Assembly (NCBI GenBank): GCA_964371255.1
Contig: CAYJKV010000001.1
Span: 32,573-96,572 of the forward strand
Direction: 5' to 3'
Source: an uncultured Candidatus Saccharibacteria bacterium
GTDB lineage: Bacteria > Patescibacteriota > Andersenbacteria > UBA10190
Length of the DNA: 64,000 nucleotides
The position numbers and the translations under genes were made by a program. How positions within the stretch are numbered: position 1 is the first letter of the stretch; the number at the start of each line of letters is the position of its first letter. Shown here one piece after another: positions 27,595-36,515 of the stretch. Under the pieces are notes generated by a model. That model saw nothing but the letters and a program-made list of their open reading frames with translations, had not been told where the DNA came from and did no database searches.

Positions 27595-28202
27595 CGAGAT
27601 CGCAAACAGAAAAAATAATATGGTCGGTGTGTTTGATAGTAGTGGTTTTAATGATTAGGACTAGCGATCATATGCCCAACGTGGTGCCGATCGCAGCGAT
27701 CGCTTTATGGGCAGGGGCTGTTTGGCCGATGCCGGGAGCGATGGTCGTCCCATTGGTTGCGATGTTGCTGGCCGATATGGTTATCGGCCTGGCCAGCTGG
27801 CCGGTCATGTTAGCGGTTTATCTGTCATACGGTCTGATTGCCGGGATGGGCCGGTGGGTGAAGGAACGGTTTAGGCCGGCGAAAATTGTCGGCACGGCCA
27901 TGTTGGGGGCCACGGTATTTTATTTGATAACGAATGCGGCCGTGTGGTGGTTTGACGGCTTGTATCCGCGCACGATGACTGGTTTGATCCTGTCTTATTT
28001 TTACGCTTTGCCATTCTATCGCAGTACGTTACTAGGCGATATTGTTTATACTGGCAGTTTGTTTGTAGTGTGGCATAGTTGGCCGGCGGCAGTTGGTTGG
28101 GTGACCAAAAAGCTAACAGGCAAGACGCAGTTCGAGAGTTTGGCGCTCAAGACAGACATGAAACTGCAGAAGGCAGAAATAAGGAGAGAAAAGGTTAATT
28201 AA
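27591..28202 (+). CDS. Polytopic membrane protein (6 TM, 203 aa); possible ECF-type S component for vitamin uptake. Translationally coupled to the preceding gene.
   Basis: Hydrophobic profile and size typical of ECF S components. Start overlaps the upstream stop. Position within the B12 cluster. Confidence 0.4.
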   Translation: MTRSQTEKIIWSVCLIVVVLMIRTSDHMPNVVPIAAIALWAGAVWPMPGAMVVPLVAMLLADMVIGLASWPVMLAVYLSYGLIAGMGRWVKERFRPAKIVGTAMLGATVFYLITNAAVWWFDGLYPRTMTGLILSYFYALPFYRSTLLGDIVYTGSLFVVWHSWPAAVGWVTKKLTGKTQFESLALKTDMKLQKAEIRREKVN

Positions 28203-28207
28203 TTATA

Positions 28208-28237
28208 TTGACGGTGACTAAAGCGGATTGGTATACT
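28208..28237 (+). promoter_or_regulatory. Sigma-70-type promoter: TTGACG, 18-nt spacer, TATACT, upstream of nrdJ.
   Basis: Near-consensus hexamers read directly. Confidence 0.45.
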
Positions 28238-28323
28238 GGTTTTACTTTTCAAATCGAACGGAAAAATAGTTCGCTTTGGCTAATCCTTTAATAAAACGTT
28301 TTCCACGCGTTTCCATTTAAGGG

Positions 28324-30654
28324 TTGGGTTATTTTGTAACGTTTACCCTTAATAAAAATAAAAACATGAACAGCTATTTCAACATAACGAGAGTGGATCT
28401 ACAAAATTTAGCTAAGATTAAAAAACGAGACGGACAGGTAGCGCCGTTTAATTTTGCCAAGATTTCGCAGGCGGTACTGAAGGCCATGACAACTACTGGC
28501 GAGGGGAATGAAAAAGACGCTGATTTAGTGGCGCGGAAAGTGGTTCGGGATTTACTTAAATTACGAAGAGCCAGTCAGGAAAAAAGTTTTCTGCCCAATG
28601 TGGAAATGGTGCAGGATTTAGTGGAAGAAGAGCTGATGTTGTTAGATTTCGTGAAGACCGCCAAGTCATATATTTTATACCGAGAAAAAAGGGCGTCACT
28701 GCGGGCGGAAGTGGGAGAAGTGCCGGAAGACGTAAGGGAGTTAGTAGCAGAAAGCAAAAAATATTTTAGAAATTCACTGGCCGAGTTTGTTTACTGTCGG
28801 ACCTACGCGCGCTGGATTGATAAGGAAGGACGGCGCGAAACATGGATTGAAACGGTGCAGCGGTTTATTGACTATATGAAGGATAATTTAGGCAAGAAGC
28901 TGACAGAGAACGAGTACGAAGAAGTCCGGCAGGCAATTTTAAAGCATGAAGCAATGCCGTCGATGCGACTGATGCAATTTTCCGGCCCGGCAGCGAAGGC
29001 GACCAATGTGTGCGCCTATAATTGCTCTTATATTGCCCCGTCGAAAGTGCGGGATTTTTCCGAGATTATGTATGTGTTAATGTGCGGGGCCGGTGCCGGC
29101 TATTCAGTGGAAAGCCAGAACATCCAAGCGTTGCCGCAAATCAAGCATCAGTCGGGTAAGAAAGCGGCTAGCCAAGTGGTGGATGACAGTAAAGAGGGTT
29201 GGGCCAATGCCTTGGAGCTGGGTATGAATACCTGGTTCAAAGGAGAGGATATAGAGTTTGATTTGTCCAAACTGCGACCAGCGGGGGCTCGTTTGAAGAC
29301 GATGGGCGGCAAAAGCTCGGGACCAGAGCCGCTCCGGCAAGTATTGGAGTTCGCACGCGATAAGATATTAGCCAAGCAAGGTAAGCGATTATCTAATTTG
29401 GACGCCCATGATATTATTTGCAAAATTGGCGAGTGCGTAGTCGCCGGCGGGGTAAGGCGGAGCGCATTAATATCCCTATCAGATTTGGACGATATTGAAA
29501 TGAGAGACGCCAAGAAAGGCCAGTTCTTTATGACCGAGCCGCAACGCAGCATGGCTAATAATTCGGCGGTGTATAATGAGAAACCGACAGCGGAACAATT
29601 TTTTGATGAATGGATCGCTTTGATGAAGAGCGGATCAGGTGAGCGAGGCATTTTTAATCGCGGTTGTCTTAGCAGTACGTTGCCCAAACGCCGGATTGAT
29701 TTATTAAGGAAGAAAAAATGGCCGCAGTGGGGAACCAATCCGTGCGGCGAAATTATATTGCGATCCAAACAGTTCTGTAATTTATCGGAAGTGGTAGCGA
29801 GGGCGGAAGATACGGAAGAGACGCTAATGCGAAAAGCTCGGATCGCCGCGATCTTGGGCACTTATCAGTCGACGCTGACTAACTTTCCTTACTTGTCGAG
29901 CGAATGGAGAAAGAATTGTGAAGAAGAACGATTGTTAGGCGTTTCGATTACCGGTCAGTGGGATTGTCCGAAGGTGCGAGAAGCGGAAATGTTGAACAAG
30001 ATCAGGGAAGAGGTGTTAAAAGTAAATCGAAAGTATGCTAAGCGGTTTGGAATTAATGCATCATCGTGCGCGACTTGCGTGAAGCCGTCCGGGAACGTAT
30101 CGCAGATGACGGATTGTGCGTCCGGTATGCATCCCAGACATGCCAAGTATTATATCCGACGGGTGCGGGTATCAGCGACCGATGCGCTGTTTAAGATGTT
30201 GCGTGACCAGGGAGTGCCATATCATCCTGAGGTGGGCCAGTCATTAGAGGACGCGACTACCTACGTATTGGAATTTCCGGTCAAAGCGCCAGCGGGAGCT
30301 ATCCTCAAGAATGACCTGACCGCGTTGGAGCAATTGGAGCATTGGAAAAAGGTAAAAATAAACTATACAGAGCATAATCCTTCAGTGACAGTGTCGGTGG
30401 GTAATGACGAGTGGGTAGCCGTGGCAAATTGGCTTTATGAAAATTGGGAGATTGCCGGCGGATTATCTTTCTTGCCTCGGTCAGATCATGTGTATCAATT
30501 AGCGCCTTATGAAGAAATTGATGAAAAGAGATACGAGGAACAAGTGAAGCGACTAGGTCAGATTGACTATTCCAAATTAGTTTCTTATGAACGTGAGGAT
30601 GAGCTAGATGTTAAGACGGAACTGGCTTGCGTATCGGGCACGTGTGAAATTTAG
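28324..30654 (+). CDS. nrdJ: Adenosylcobalamin-dependent (class II) ribonucleotide reductase with an N-terminal ATP-cone. Likely start is the internal Met (MNSYFNIT).
   Basis: ATP-cone N-terminus; active-site TNPCGEI (class II PCGE motif); 776 aa monomeric type. Confidence 0.85.
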   Translation: MGYFVTFTLNKNKNMNSYFNITRVDLQNLAKIKKRDGQVAPFNFAKISQAVLKAMTTTGEGNEKDADLVARKVVRDLLKLRRASQEKSFLPNVEMVQDLVEEELMLLDFVKTAKSYILYREKRASLRAEVGEVPEDVRELVAESKKYFRNSLAEFVYCRTYARWIDKEGRRETWIETVQRFIDYMKDNLGKKLTENEYEEVRQAILKHEAMPSMRLMQFSGPAAKATNVCAYNCSYIAPSKVRDFSEIMYVLMCGAGAGYSVESQNIQALPQIKHQSGKKAASQVVDDSKEGWANALELGMNTWFKGEDIEFDLSKLRPAGARLKTMGGKSSGPEPLRQVLEFARDKILAKQGKRLSNLDAHDIICKIGECVVAGGVRRSALISLSDLDDIEMRDAKKGQFFMTEPQRSMANNSAVYNEKPTAEQFFDEWIALMKSGSGERGIFNRGCLSSTLPKRRIDLLRKKKWPQWGTNPCGEIILRSKQFCNLSEVVARAEDTEETLMRKARIAAILGTYQSTLTNFPYLSSEWRKNCEEERLLGVSITGQWDCPKVREAEMLNKIREEVLKVNRKYAKRFGINASSCATCVKPSGNVSQMTDCASGMHPRHAKYYIRRVRVSATDALFKMLRDQGVPYHPEVGQSLEDATTYVLEFPVKAPAGAILKNDLTALEQLEHWKKVKINYTEHNPSVTVSVGNDEWVAVANWLYENWEIAGGLSFLPRSDHVYQLAPYEEIDEKRYEEQVKRLGQIDYSKLVSYEREDELDVKTELACVSGTCEI

Positions 30655-30656
30655 CA

Positions 30657-31190
30657 ATGAGCGTCTTGTACACTGGCCGCGGTGATGACGGTACCACGAC
30701 TTTGTACGGAGGGCCGAAGCGTCTGGGTAAGGACTCCGATGTGATTGAAGCGTTGGGCAGTGTTGATGAGATAAATTCCTTTATTGGTTGGTGTCGGACG
30801 CAGATGGAAGAGACGGCATTGCAAAAAATATTGGAAGATGCCCAACAAGTATTGTTTATTCTACAAGCTGAAATAGCGGGAGCGAACAAAGCGGTGCGCC
30901 GGGAAGATGTGCAGCGGATGGAGACAGTAATAAAGAAACTTAGCGCGGAATTGCCGTCAATCAAAGGGTTTGTGCTAGCCGGAGAGACGGCAGCCGCAGC
31001 TATGCTAGATGTGGCGCGGACCATCGCGCGGCGGGCAGAACGGGTGATAAATAAAGGGATGAAGAAAAAAGAACTGATAGTGGGGGAAGGAGCCTTGGCG
31101 TATTTGAACCGTCTATCTAGCCTGCTCTATGTCTTGGCGAGGGTACAAAATTTCCGGAATAACAAAATAGAAAAAACGCCCAAGTATTGA
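30657..31190 (+). CDS. ATP:cob(I)alamin adenosyltransferase, PduO type.
   Basis: N-terminal YTGRGDDGTTTLYGG...R signature; 177 aa. Start 3 nt after the nrdJ stop. Confidence 0.85.
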   Translation: MSVLYTGRGDDGTTTLYGGPKRLGKDSDVIEALGSVDEINSFIGWCRTQMEETALQKILEDAQQVLFILQAEIAGANKAVRREDVQRMETVIKKLSAELPSIKGFVLAGETAAAAMLDVARTIARRAERVINKGMKKKELIVGEGALAYLNRLSSLLYVLARVQNFRNNKIEKTPKY

Positions 31191-31235
31191 CTACTAAATC
31201 ATGTGGTACTCAAATAGACTTTATTAATGACCAGG

Positions 31236-31868
31236 TTAGTGTTCGTCGTATTCGAGTGAAAAATCCAAAGCTTCTTCAATCGCTCCCTTAAGTTGGGAAG
31301 GATAGTCGATGATCGCTTGCGGATGACCTGGTTGAAGCAACTGTTCGTCGTGATAACCCCAAGTAACACCAATACACGGGATGCGAACACGTTTGGCTTC
31401 CATGATATCGCCCAGAGTATCCGTGATAAAAACACACTCGGTCGGCTGAACCTGATAGTGTTGCAGGAGGAGCGAGAATTTATCGGATTTTAGATTGGGA
31501 ATATCATTAGAAAAGATCGCACTAAAATGACGAGTGAGATTATGCTGTTGCAGGTACTGTTTAATGGGGGGGCTGGTAGTGGAAGAGACCAGGATGGTAG
31601 TGAAATTAGCGCCGATAAACTCAAGGGCATCGACGATGCCGGGAACGATAGGCTGGTCGACAATGCCTTGCGCATAGGCGGTAAAGAAATCAAAACCGGC
31701 GTTGGAAAAAGATTGTAACAGCTGGGCCCGAGATTTATCACGGGCAAATCTTTGTCGGAATAATTGTTCGGATTCGCCGGGATTTATCTGTGAGACTATG
31801 TTGAAGCACAGCTGAAACGAATCGACAATGACACCATCAAAGTCAATTAAGACAAATTCTGACTGCAT
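31236..31868 (-). CDS. HAD-superfamily hydrolase (phosphatase).
   Basis: Motif I LIDFDGVIVDS; 210 aa. Confidence 0.7.
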   Translation of the reverse strand: MQSEFVLIDFDGVIVDSFQLCFNIVSQINPGESEQLFRQRFARDKSRAQLLQSFSNAGFDFFTAYAQGIVDQPIVPGIVDALEFIGANFTTILVSSTTSPPIKQYLQQHNLTRHFSAIFSNDIPNLKSDKFSLLLQHYQVQPTECVFITDTLGDIMEAKRVRIPCIGVTWGYHDEQLLQPGHPQAIIDYPSQLKGAIEEALDFSLEYDEH

Positions 31869-31938
31869 GGTTGGCTGGTAAGGTTTAAGGTAAAAATTAG
31901 CGTGGTTTTATTATAAGATAGTTTGGCAGTAGATTGAA

Positions 31939-31968
31939 CAAACGCCCGAGTGGTAACTGGGGCGTTTG
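31939..31968 (-). terminator. Hairpin caaacgccc/gggcgtttg downstream of the small acidic-peptide ORF.
   Basis: 9-bp inverted repeat. The following T-rich stretch on the minus strand is weak. Confidence 0.35.
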
Positions 31969-31988
31969 CTGACAACTAGAAAACTTGA

Positions 31989-32114
31989 TTACGCAGTTGT
32001 CTCTGCTTCATCACCTTCCACTGGAGTCTCTTCGGCTGGAACAGCCGGGGTCTCTTCTGGAGTCTCTTCGGCTGGAACAGCCGGGGTTTCTTCTGGCATT
32101 GTTTCATCGTCCAT
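31989..32114 (-). CDS. Unannotated small acidic repeat peptide (41 aa): MDDETMPEETPAVPAEETPEETPAVPAEETPVEGDEAETTA.
   Basis: ATG preceded by GAGGAGGTGATC, an SD at ideal spacing. Contains an in-frame 36-nt tandem duplication. Followed by the hairpin. Confidence 0.45.
   Translation of the reverse strand: MDDETMPEETPAVPAEETPEETPAVPAEETPVEGDEAETTA
32023..32094. repeat. 36-nt direct tandem repeat (2 copies, 1 mismatch) inside the small acidic ORF.
   Basis: ggagtctcttcggctggaacagccggggt(c/t)tcttct occurs twice consecutively. Confidence 0.8.
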
Positions 32115-32219
32115 AAAAGATCACCTCCTCTAAGTAAGATAAGTTTCTGCAAGTATTAGTTTGTCTTAGCAACATTATTATTAGTCTAAAGGTAAAAAGC
32201 GATTTAGACAATGTGTGTT

Positions 32220-33134
32220 TTAGTCAGCAGCAGCTATCGCCTGCATGTTACGTAACATGAGATTGATGTAGCTATCGTCGGGAACGATGCCACCAAGGTC
32301 ATCGAGGGACATGATTTTCAGTCCGAATTCTTCCTGCATGAAACGAACACCGGTGGAGGAGGTTTTGGCTGGTTCAGTATAAAAAGTTTTTATATGGTAC
32401 TGCTCGATCAGTTGCCGTAAATACTGCAGGTCACTGATAGTGGGAGTTTGGCCTTCAATAGGTTCGTAGGTGGCGACTAGGGATAGGCCATAATGCGCGG
32501 CGAAATAGGACCAGGCATCATGTACGGCAATAAAATTGGGTTGAGCAACCCGGCTAAATTGTTGCTGCAGGTTGGCTTCCAACCGATCAAGTGATTGACG
32601 GTAGGCAGTGAGGTTGGAATCGTAGTCGGCAGCGTGGGCGGGGTCGAGGCTGGTGAGTTCGGTGGCGATAGTGGCGGCGATAGCCTTGGCGTTAGGCGCG
32701 GTCAGCCAGTAATGGGGATCAAGGTCGGAAACTGCGCGCGCATCATGGTCGGTGTCACTGGTACTAAAGGGGCGTAAAGTGATGTTCCGATCAACCGTGA
32801 TGACTGGTGATAGTTTGATTTTCAAGGCAGTGTCGGTGACGTGGTTATCCAAACCATGGCCAATAGCGAAAATAACCTGGGCGTCAGATAGTTGGCGAAT
32901 TTGTTGAGGGGCGAGGGCAAAGGAATGAGGGTCGGAGTTGCTCGGGATGATTTGTATTACCTGAACATAAGGTCCGGCTATCTGCCGGGTGATATCGGTG
33001 AGGGGAAAAATTGTCGCAGCGACGGACAGTTGGCTGGAGGTTGGTGGAGATTGACGAGGAATTCTTCGACCAACTAATAGGCCGGCGGCAGAAATGACAA
33101 TCGCCAACAATACAATTAGATATATTTTGGGCAT
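32220..33134 (-). CDS. Metal (Zn/Mn) ABC-transporter substrate-binding protein, ZnuA/TroA-like.
   Basis: Cluster-9 SBP architecture with a His-rich/acidic segment DTDHDARAVSDLDPHYWL. No adjacent permease or ATPase. Confidence 0.7.
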   Translation of the reverse strand: MPKIYLIVLLAIVISAAGLLVGRRIPRQSPPTSSQLSVAATIFPLTDITRQIAGPYVQVIQIIPSNSDPHSFALAPQQIRQLSDAQVIFAIGHGLDNHVTDTALKIKLSPVITVDRNITLRPFSTSDTDHDARAVSDLDPHYWLTAPNAKAIAATIATELTSLDPAHAADYDSNLTAYRQSLDRLEANLQQQFSRVAQPNFIAVHDAWSYFAAHYGLSLVATYEPIEGQTPTISDLQYLRQLIEQYHIKTFYTEPAKTSSTGVRFMQEEFGLKIMSLDDLGGIVPDDSYINLMLRNMQAIAAAD

Positions 33135-33161
33135 AAATCAATAGTGCTGGAATGCTGATGA

Positions 33162-34505
33162 TTAATGAGGCATGGAGTGGCCAGCCGTGTCTTGTGGGCG
33201 AGGACGCACCCAGCCACGCAATAACATAGTCCGTTGCAACCGTTTAATGGCCAGGGCATAGGCGGCCTGGCGAAGATTGCCGGCAGGCAACTGCTGGCTT
33301 AAAACATCGCAGGTAGCTTGCTGCATTTTTTGCCGCAACTTATCGTTTATTTCTTTTTCACTCCAGTACAAATTCTGGATGTTTTGGGTCCATTCAAAGT
33401 AGCTGACAGTTACGCCCCCGGCATTGGCCAGTATGTCTGGGATGACAGGAATATTTTTCTGGTCGAGGACGGTTTGTGCGTCTGGTGTGGTGGGTCCATT
33501 AGCCATTTCTAAAATCAGCTTCGCCTTAATTTGGTCAGCGTTATCACCGGTGATTTGGTTTTCAATAGCGGCTGGTACCAGTACATCCACTGCCAGTTCG
33601 AGCAGTTCTCGGTTGGTAATTTGCTCACAGGTGTCATCGGCGGAGGAACCGGCCTTTTCGACTGACAATTTGGGGTAGCAGAGGTTACGGTCTAGTTTCC
33701 CACCATGCTGAATGGCCTTAATGACGGATGGTATGTCCAGTCCTTGTGGATGATAAATACCACCTTCGGCATCGGAGATAGCGACAACTTTGAAACCGGC
33801 CTGATCAGCTAAGAAGGCGAAATTTGATCCGACATTACCAAAACCCTGAACGGCGACGGTTAGTTCAGATGACGGCTGCTTGGTTTGCGCGAGATATTCT
33901 TGGAGAACGATTAAACCGCCTAAACCGGTAGCCGCCTCCCGTCCTAAACTTCCGCCGAGGTCGATCGGCTTGCCCGTAAAGGTCGCGGTGATGTGTTCGT
34001 GGTGATTATTGAGCCGAGAATATTCGTCGGTAAACCAAGCCATGATTTGAGCGTTGGTATTAACATCGGGAGCTGGAATGTCGTTGGTCGGACCAATATT
34101 ATTGCCTAATTGAGCGATGTATTGGCGGGAGAGGCGTTGAAGCTCGCGATCACTGAGTTGCTGAGGATCAATGGTGATGCCACCTTTAGCACCGCCGAAC
34201 GGGATATTAACCACGGCCGTCTTGAGCGTCATCCACGCGGCGAGGGCTTTCATTTCGTCCAGATCAACGTTGGGGTGGAAGCGGACACCGCCCTTATATG
34301 GACCGCGCGCATTGTTATGCTGCACGCGGTAACCTTGATAGATAGCAATGTCGCCGGAATCTTTCTCGATGGGCAGTTCGACCGTAATCACTTTTTGGGG
34401 CGCGGACAGAAAGGCAATGATATCCGGGTGAGCATCAATTAACTGACCGACTTCACGGAGGGTGGAGGTAAAGCTATAAAAAGGCGAATTGGATTGATTA
34501 GACAT
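33162..34505 (-). CDS. gdhA: Glutamate dehydrogenase (Glu/Leu/Phe/Val dehydrogenase family).
   Basis: Catalytic motif FGGAKGGI; Rossmann motif GFGNVG; 447 aa. Confidence 0.9.
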   Translation of the reverse strand: MSNQSNSPFYSFTSTLREVGQLIDAHPDIIAFLSAPQKVITVELPIEKDSGDIAIYQGYRVQHNNARGPYKGGVRFHPNVDLDEMKALAAWMTLKTAVVNIPFGGAKGGITIDPQQLSDRELQRLSRQYIAQLGNNIGPTNDIPAPDVNTNAQIMAWFTDEYSRLNNHHEHITATFTGKPIDLGGSLGREAATGLGGLIVLQEYLAQTKQPSSELTVAVQGFGNVGSNFAFLADQAGFKVVAISDAEGGIYHPQGLDIPSVIKAIQHGGKLDRNLCYPKLSVEKAGSSADDTCEQITNRELLELAVDVLVPAAIENQITGDNADQIKAKLILEMANGPTTPDAQTVLDQKNIPVIPDILANAGGVTVSYFEWTQNIQNLYWSEKEINDKLRQKMQQATCDVLSQQLPAGNLRQAAYALAIKRLQRTMLLRGWVRPRPQDTAGHSMPH

Positions 34506-34602
34506 GGATGATAGTTAATAATAAACAAAAAAGATTGACAAATGTTTAATGTTCCAGAATGATTATTAAGTGATTGCTTAATCTATTAATCAAGGTAATA
34601 GG

Positions 34603-34941
34603 ATGTTAACGAAGAAGCAAGCGGATATTATTAAAAAAGATGTCGGTGATGACAGCGGCCAATTGGCAGTATCGCTACAGGCGCTGGCGGATATTGGCCG
34701 GTTAAGGATTTTTCGATTACTGGCTAAATATGAAGATTTATGCGTGACTGATCTAGCCAATGTGCTGGACGTTTCTGTGCCGGCTGCTTCACAACAATTG
34801 CGCATCATGGAATTAAGCGGACTAGTTAAAAAAGAACGGCGGGGGCAGATGAGCTGTTACACTTTAGCCAAGGACAAAGAATTAGTGCGGGCGCTGCGAC
34901 GGCTGGTAGCTGGAGGAAAAGAGGTCGTCAAGAACAAGTAA
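34603..34941 (+). CDS. ArsR/SmtB-family transcriptional regulator.
   Basis: wHTH RLRIFRLLAKYEDLCVTDLANVLDVSVPAASQQLRIME. Confidence 0.7.
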   Translation: MLTKKQADIIKKDVGDDSGQLAVSLQALADIGRLRIFRLLAKYEDLCVTDLANVLDVSVPAASQQLRIMELSGLVKKERRGQMSCYTLAKDKELVRALRRLVAGGKEVVKNK

Positions 34942-34970
34942 ATAGAAGTTTATCATTAATTATATAATTT

Positions 34971-35204
34971 ATGCCAAAAGTAGTCATTTATTCGACGCCC
35001 ACTTGCGGGTTTTGTCAGCTCGCTAAAGCTTATTTCAAAGAAAATAATGTGGTCTTTGAAGAAAAGGATGTAGCCACTGATTTAGCGGCTCGCGAAGAAA
35101 TGGTTAAGCTGACGCAGCAAAGTGGTGTGCCAGTGATTGATATTGATGGAGAAACAGTGATTGGCTTTGATCAACCAAAGCTAGCGCAGTTATTGGGGTT
35201 GTAG
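34971..35204 (+). CDS. Glutaredoxin-like small redoxin (77 aa).
   Basis: CxxC motif TCGFC at the N-terminus; thioredoxin-fold size. Confidence 0.65.
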   Translation: MPKVVIYSTPTCGFCQLAKAYFKENNVVFEEKDVATDLAAREEMVKLTQQSGVPVIDIDGETVIGFDQPKLAQLLGL

Positions 35205-35314
35205 AGGCGAGTGTGGAGTGTGAATGAGGAGCTCGGCGCGAGGGTGGGCAGCTTGCCGGGAGTATGATTATTAAAGAAAGACAAATTTTGCAAGTAAGAT
35301 GTTTGTAGTGATTT

Positions 35315-36076
35315 ATGGTTGATCAAATTATGAACGAGGGGACAGAGGAAGATAAACTTATTACCAAGGTGGAAAGAAAACAGCAGCGCCGAGCAGAAAG
35401 GCAACGAGCGCGGGAGAGTGATGCCAGAAGACAACAAACTAAACGAGGGCTAGTTTGGGGATTAGTGGTTGTTGGACTGGCTGGTATTTTTTGGTACGCG
35501 ATTGATGCGGGCAGAGAACAGGTGGGGGAAACGGGGCAGGCTGTTTTAGAAGGGCAAATCAGAACTGATGATTGGGTAAAAGGGAAGATAGAGGCCAAAG
35601 TAGTTTTGGTAGAGTACGCGGACTTTCAATGTCCGGCGTGCGCCAGTTATGCAGAGATAGTTAAGCGGTTAAACGACAATTATGGAGATCGGGTGGCCTT
35701 TGTTTACCGCCAATTTCCATTGAAACAGATACATCGTAATGCGGAGGCAGCCGCTTATGCGGCGGAAGCGGCTGGAGAACAAGGCAAGTTTTGGGAGATG
35801 CATGATATATTATATGAACGACAAGCTGATTGGTCAGACGTTGGTCGGGCCGAAACAATGTTTACAGATTACGCGCGCACGATTAGCTTGGATGTAGAGC
35901 GATGGCAAGCTGAAATGACGTCCACGGAGGTTAGGGAAAAAGTGGCAAACTCATACACAGAGGCAATTAGACTAGGTTTACAAGCAACGCCCTCGTTTAT
36001 ATTAAATGGCAAAAAAATAGAAGCCCGATCATATGAACAATTCGAGCAGCTTATCAAACGCGACTTGGGGGAATAA
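35315..36076 (+). CDS. DsbA-like thioredoxin-domain protein, membrane-anchored.
   Basis: N-terminal TM; CPAC active site (DFQCPACASY); FWEMHD motif. Confidence 0.7.
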   Translation: MVDQIMNEGTEEDKLITKVERKQQRRAERQRARESDARRQQTKRGLVWGLVVVGLAGIFWYAIDAGREQVGETGQAVLEGQIRTDDWVKGKIEAKVVLVEYADFQCPACASYAEIVKRLNDNYGDRVAFVYRQFPLKQIHRNAEAAAYAAEAAGEQGKFWEMHDILYERQADWSDVGRAETMFTDYARTISLDVERWQAEMTSTEVREKVANSYTEAIRLGLQATPSFILNGKKIEARSYEQFEQLIKRDLGE

Positions 36077-36515
36077 ACCTAAGTGGTTAGTGGGGGGACA
36101 AATCGGGGTGGCAGTGATTGGCCTATTTATCGCTACTTTTCTGGCGGCTGAGCATGTGCGCGGTACTTTTCCGCCTTGTTCAATTATTGATGGCTGCCAT
36201 ACTGTGTTAGGCAGCAAATATGCTGAGGTTGGCGGGTTACCGACAGCGTCCTTCGGAGTAATTTATTATTTGGCATTAATACTGTTGGGAGTGGCGTACT
36301 TGCAAGGCGGGCGGATGGCTTGGTTGCAGTTGTCTCTTCGATTATCGGGGATGGGGGTGCTGGTATCGCTTTATCTAGTTTATCTGCAACTGTTCGTCAT
36401 CGGTGCTATTTGCCCGTATTGCATGTCGTCAGCAGCAGTCTGTTTTTTGTTACTGGGAATTGATTTGCTAATCTGGCGGCGGCACATACACGACCATCAA
36501 GAAGTTTTGGCTTAG
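36033..36515 (+). CDS. Vitamin K epoxide reductase (VKOR) family protein.
   Basis: Loop Cys pair (PPCSIIDGCH) and active-site CPYC in a TM helix. Overlaps the DsbA-like gene. Confidence 0.65.
   Translation: MNNSSSLSNATWGNKPKWLVGGQIGVAVIGLFIATFLAAEHVRGTFPPCSIIDGCHTVLGSKYAEVGGLPTASFGVIYYLALILLGVAYLQGGRMAWLQLSLRLSGMGVLVSLYLVYLQLFVIGAICPYCMSSAAVCFLLLGIDLLIWRRHIHDHQEVLA

Noticed and set aside
32023-32094. Direct repeat region considered as a possible mini-CRISPR array.
   Set aside because: There are only two contiguous copies with no spacers, and the repeat is in-frame coding sequence of a small ORF. There are no cas genes.
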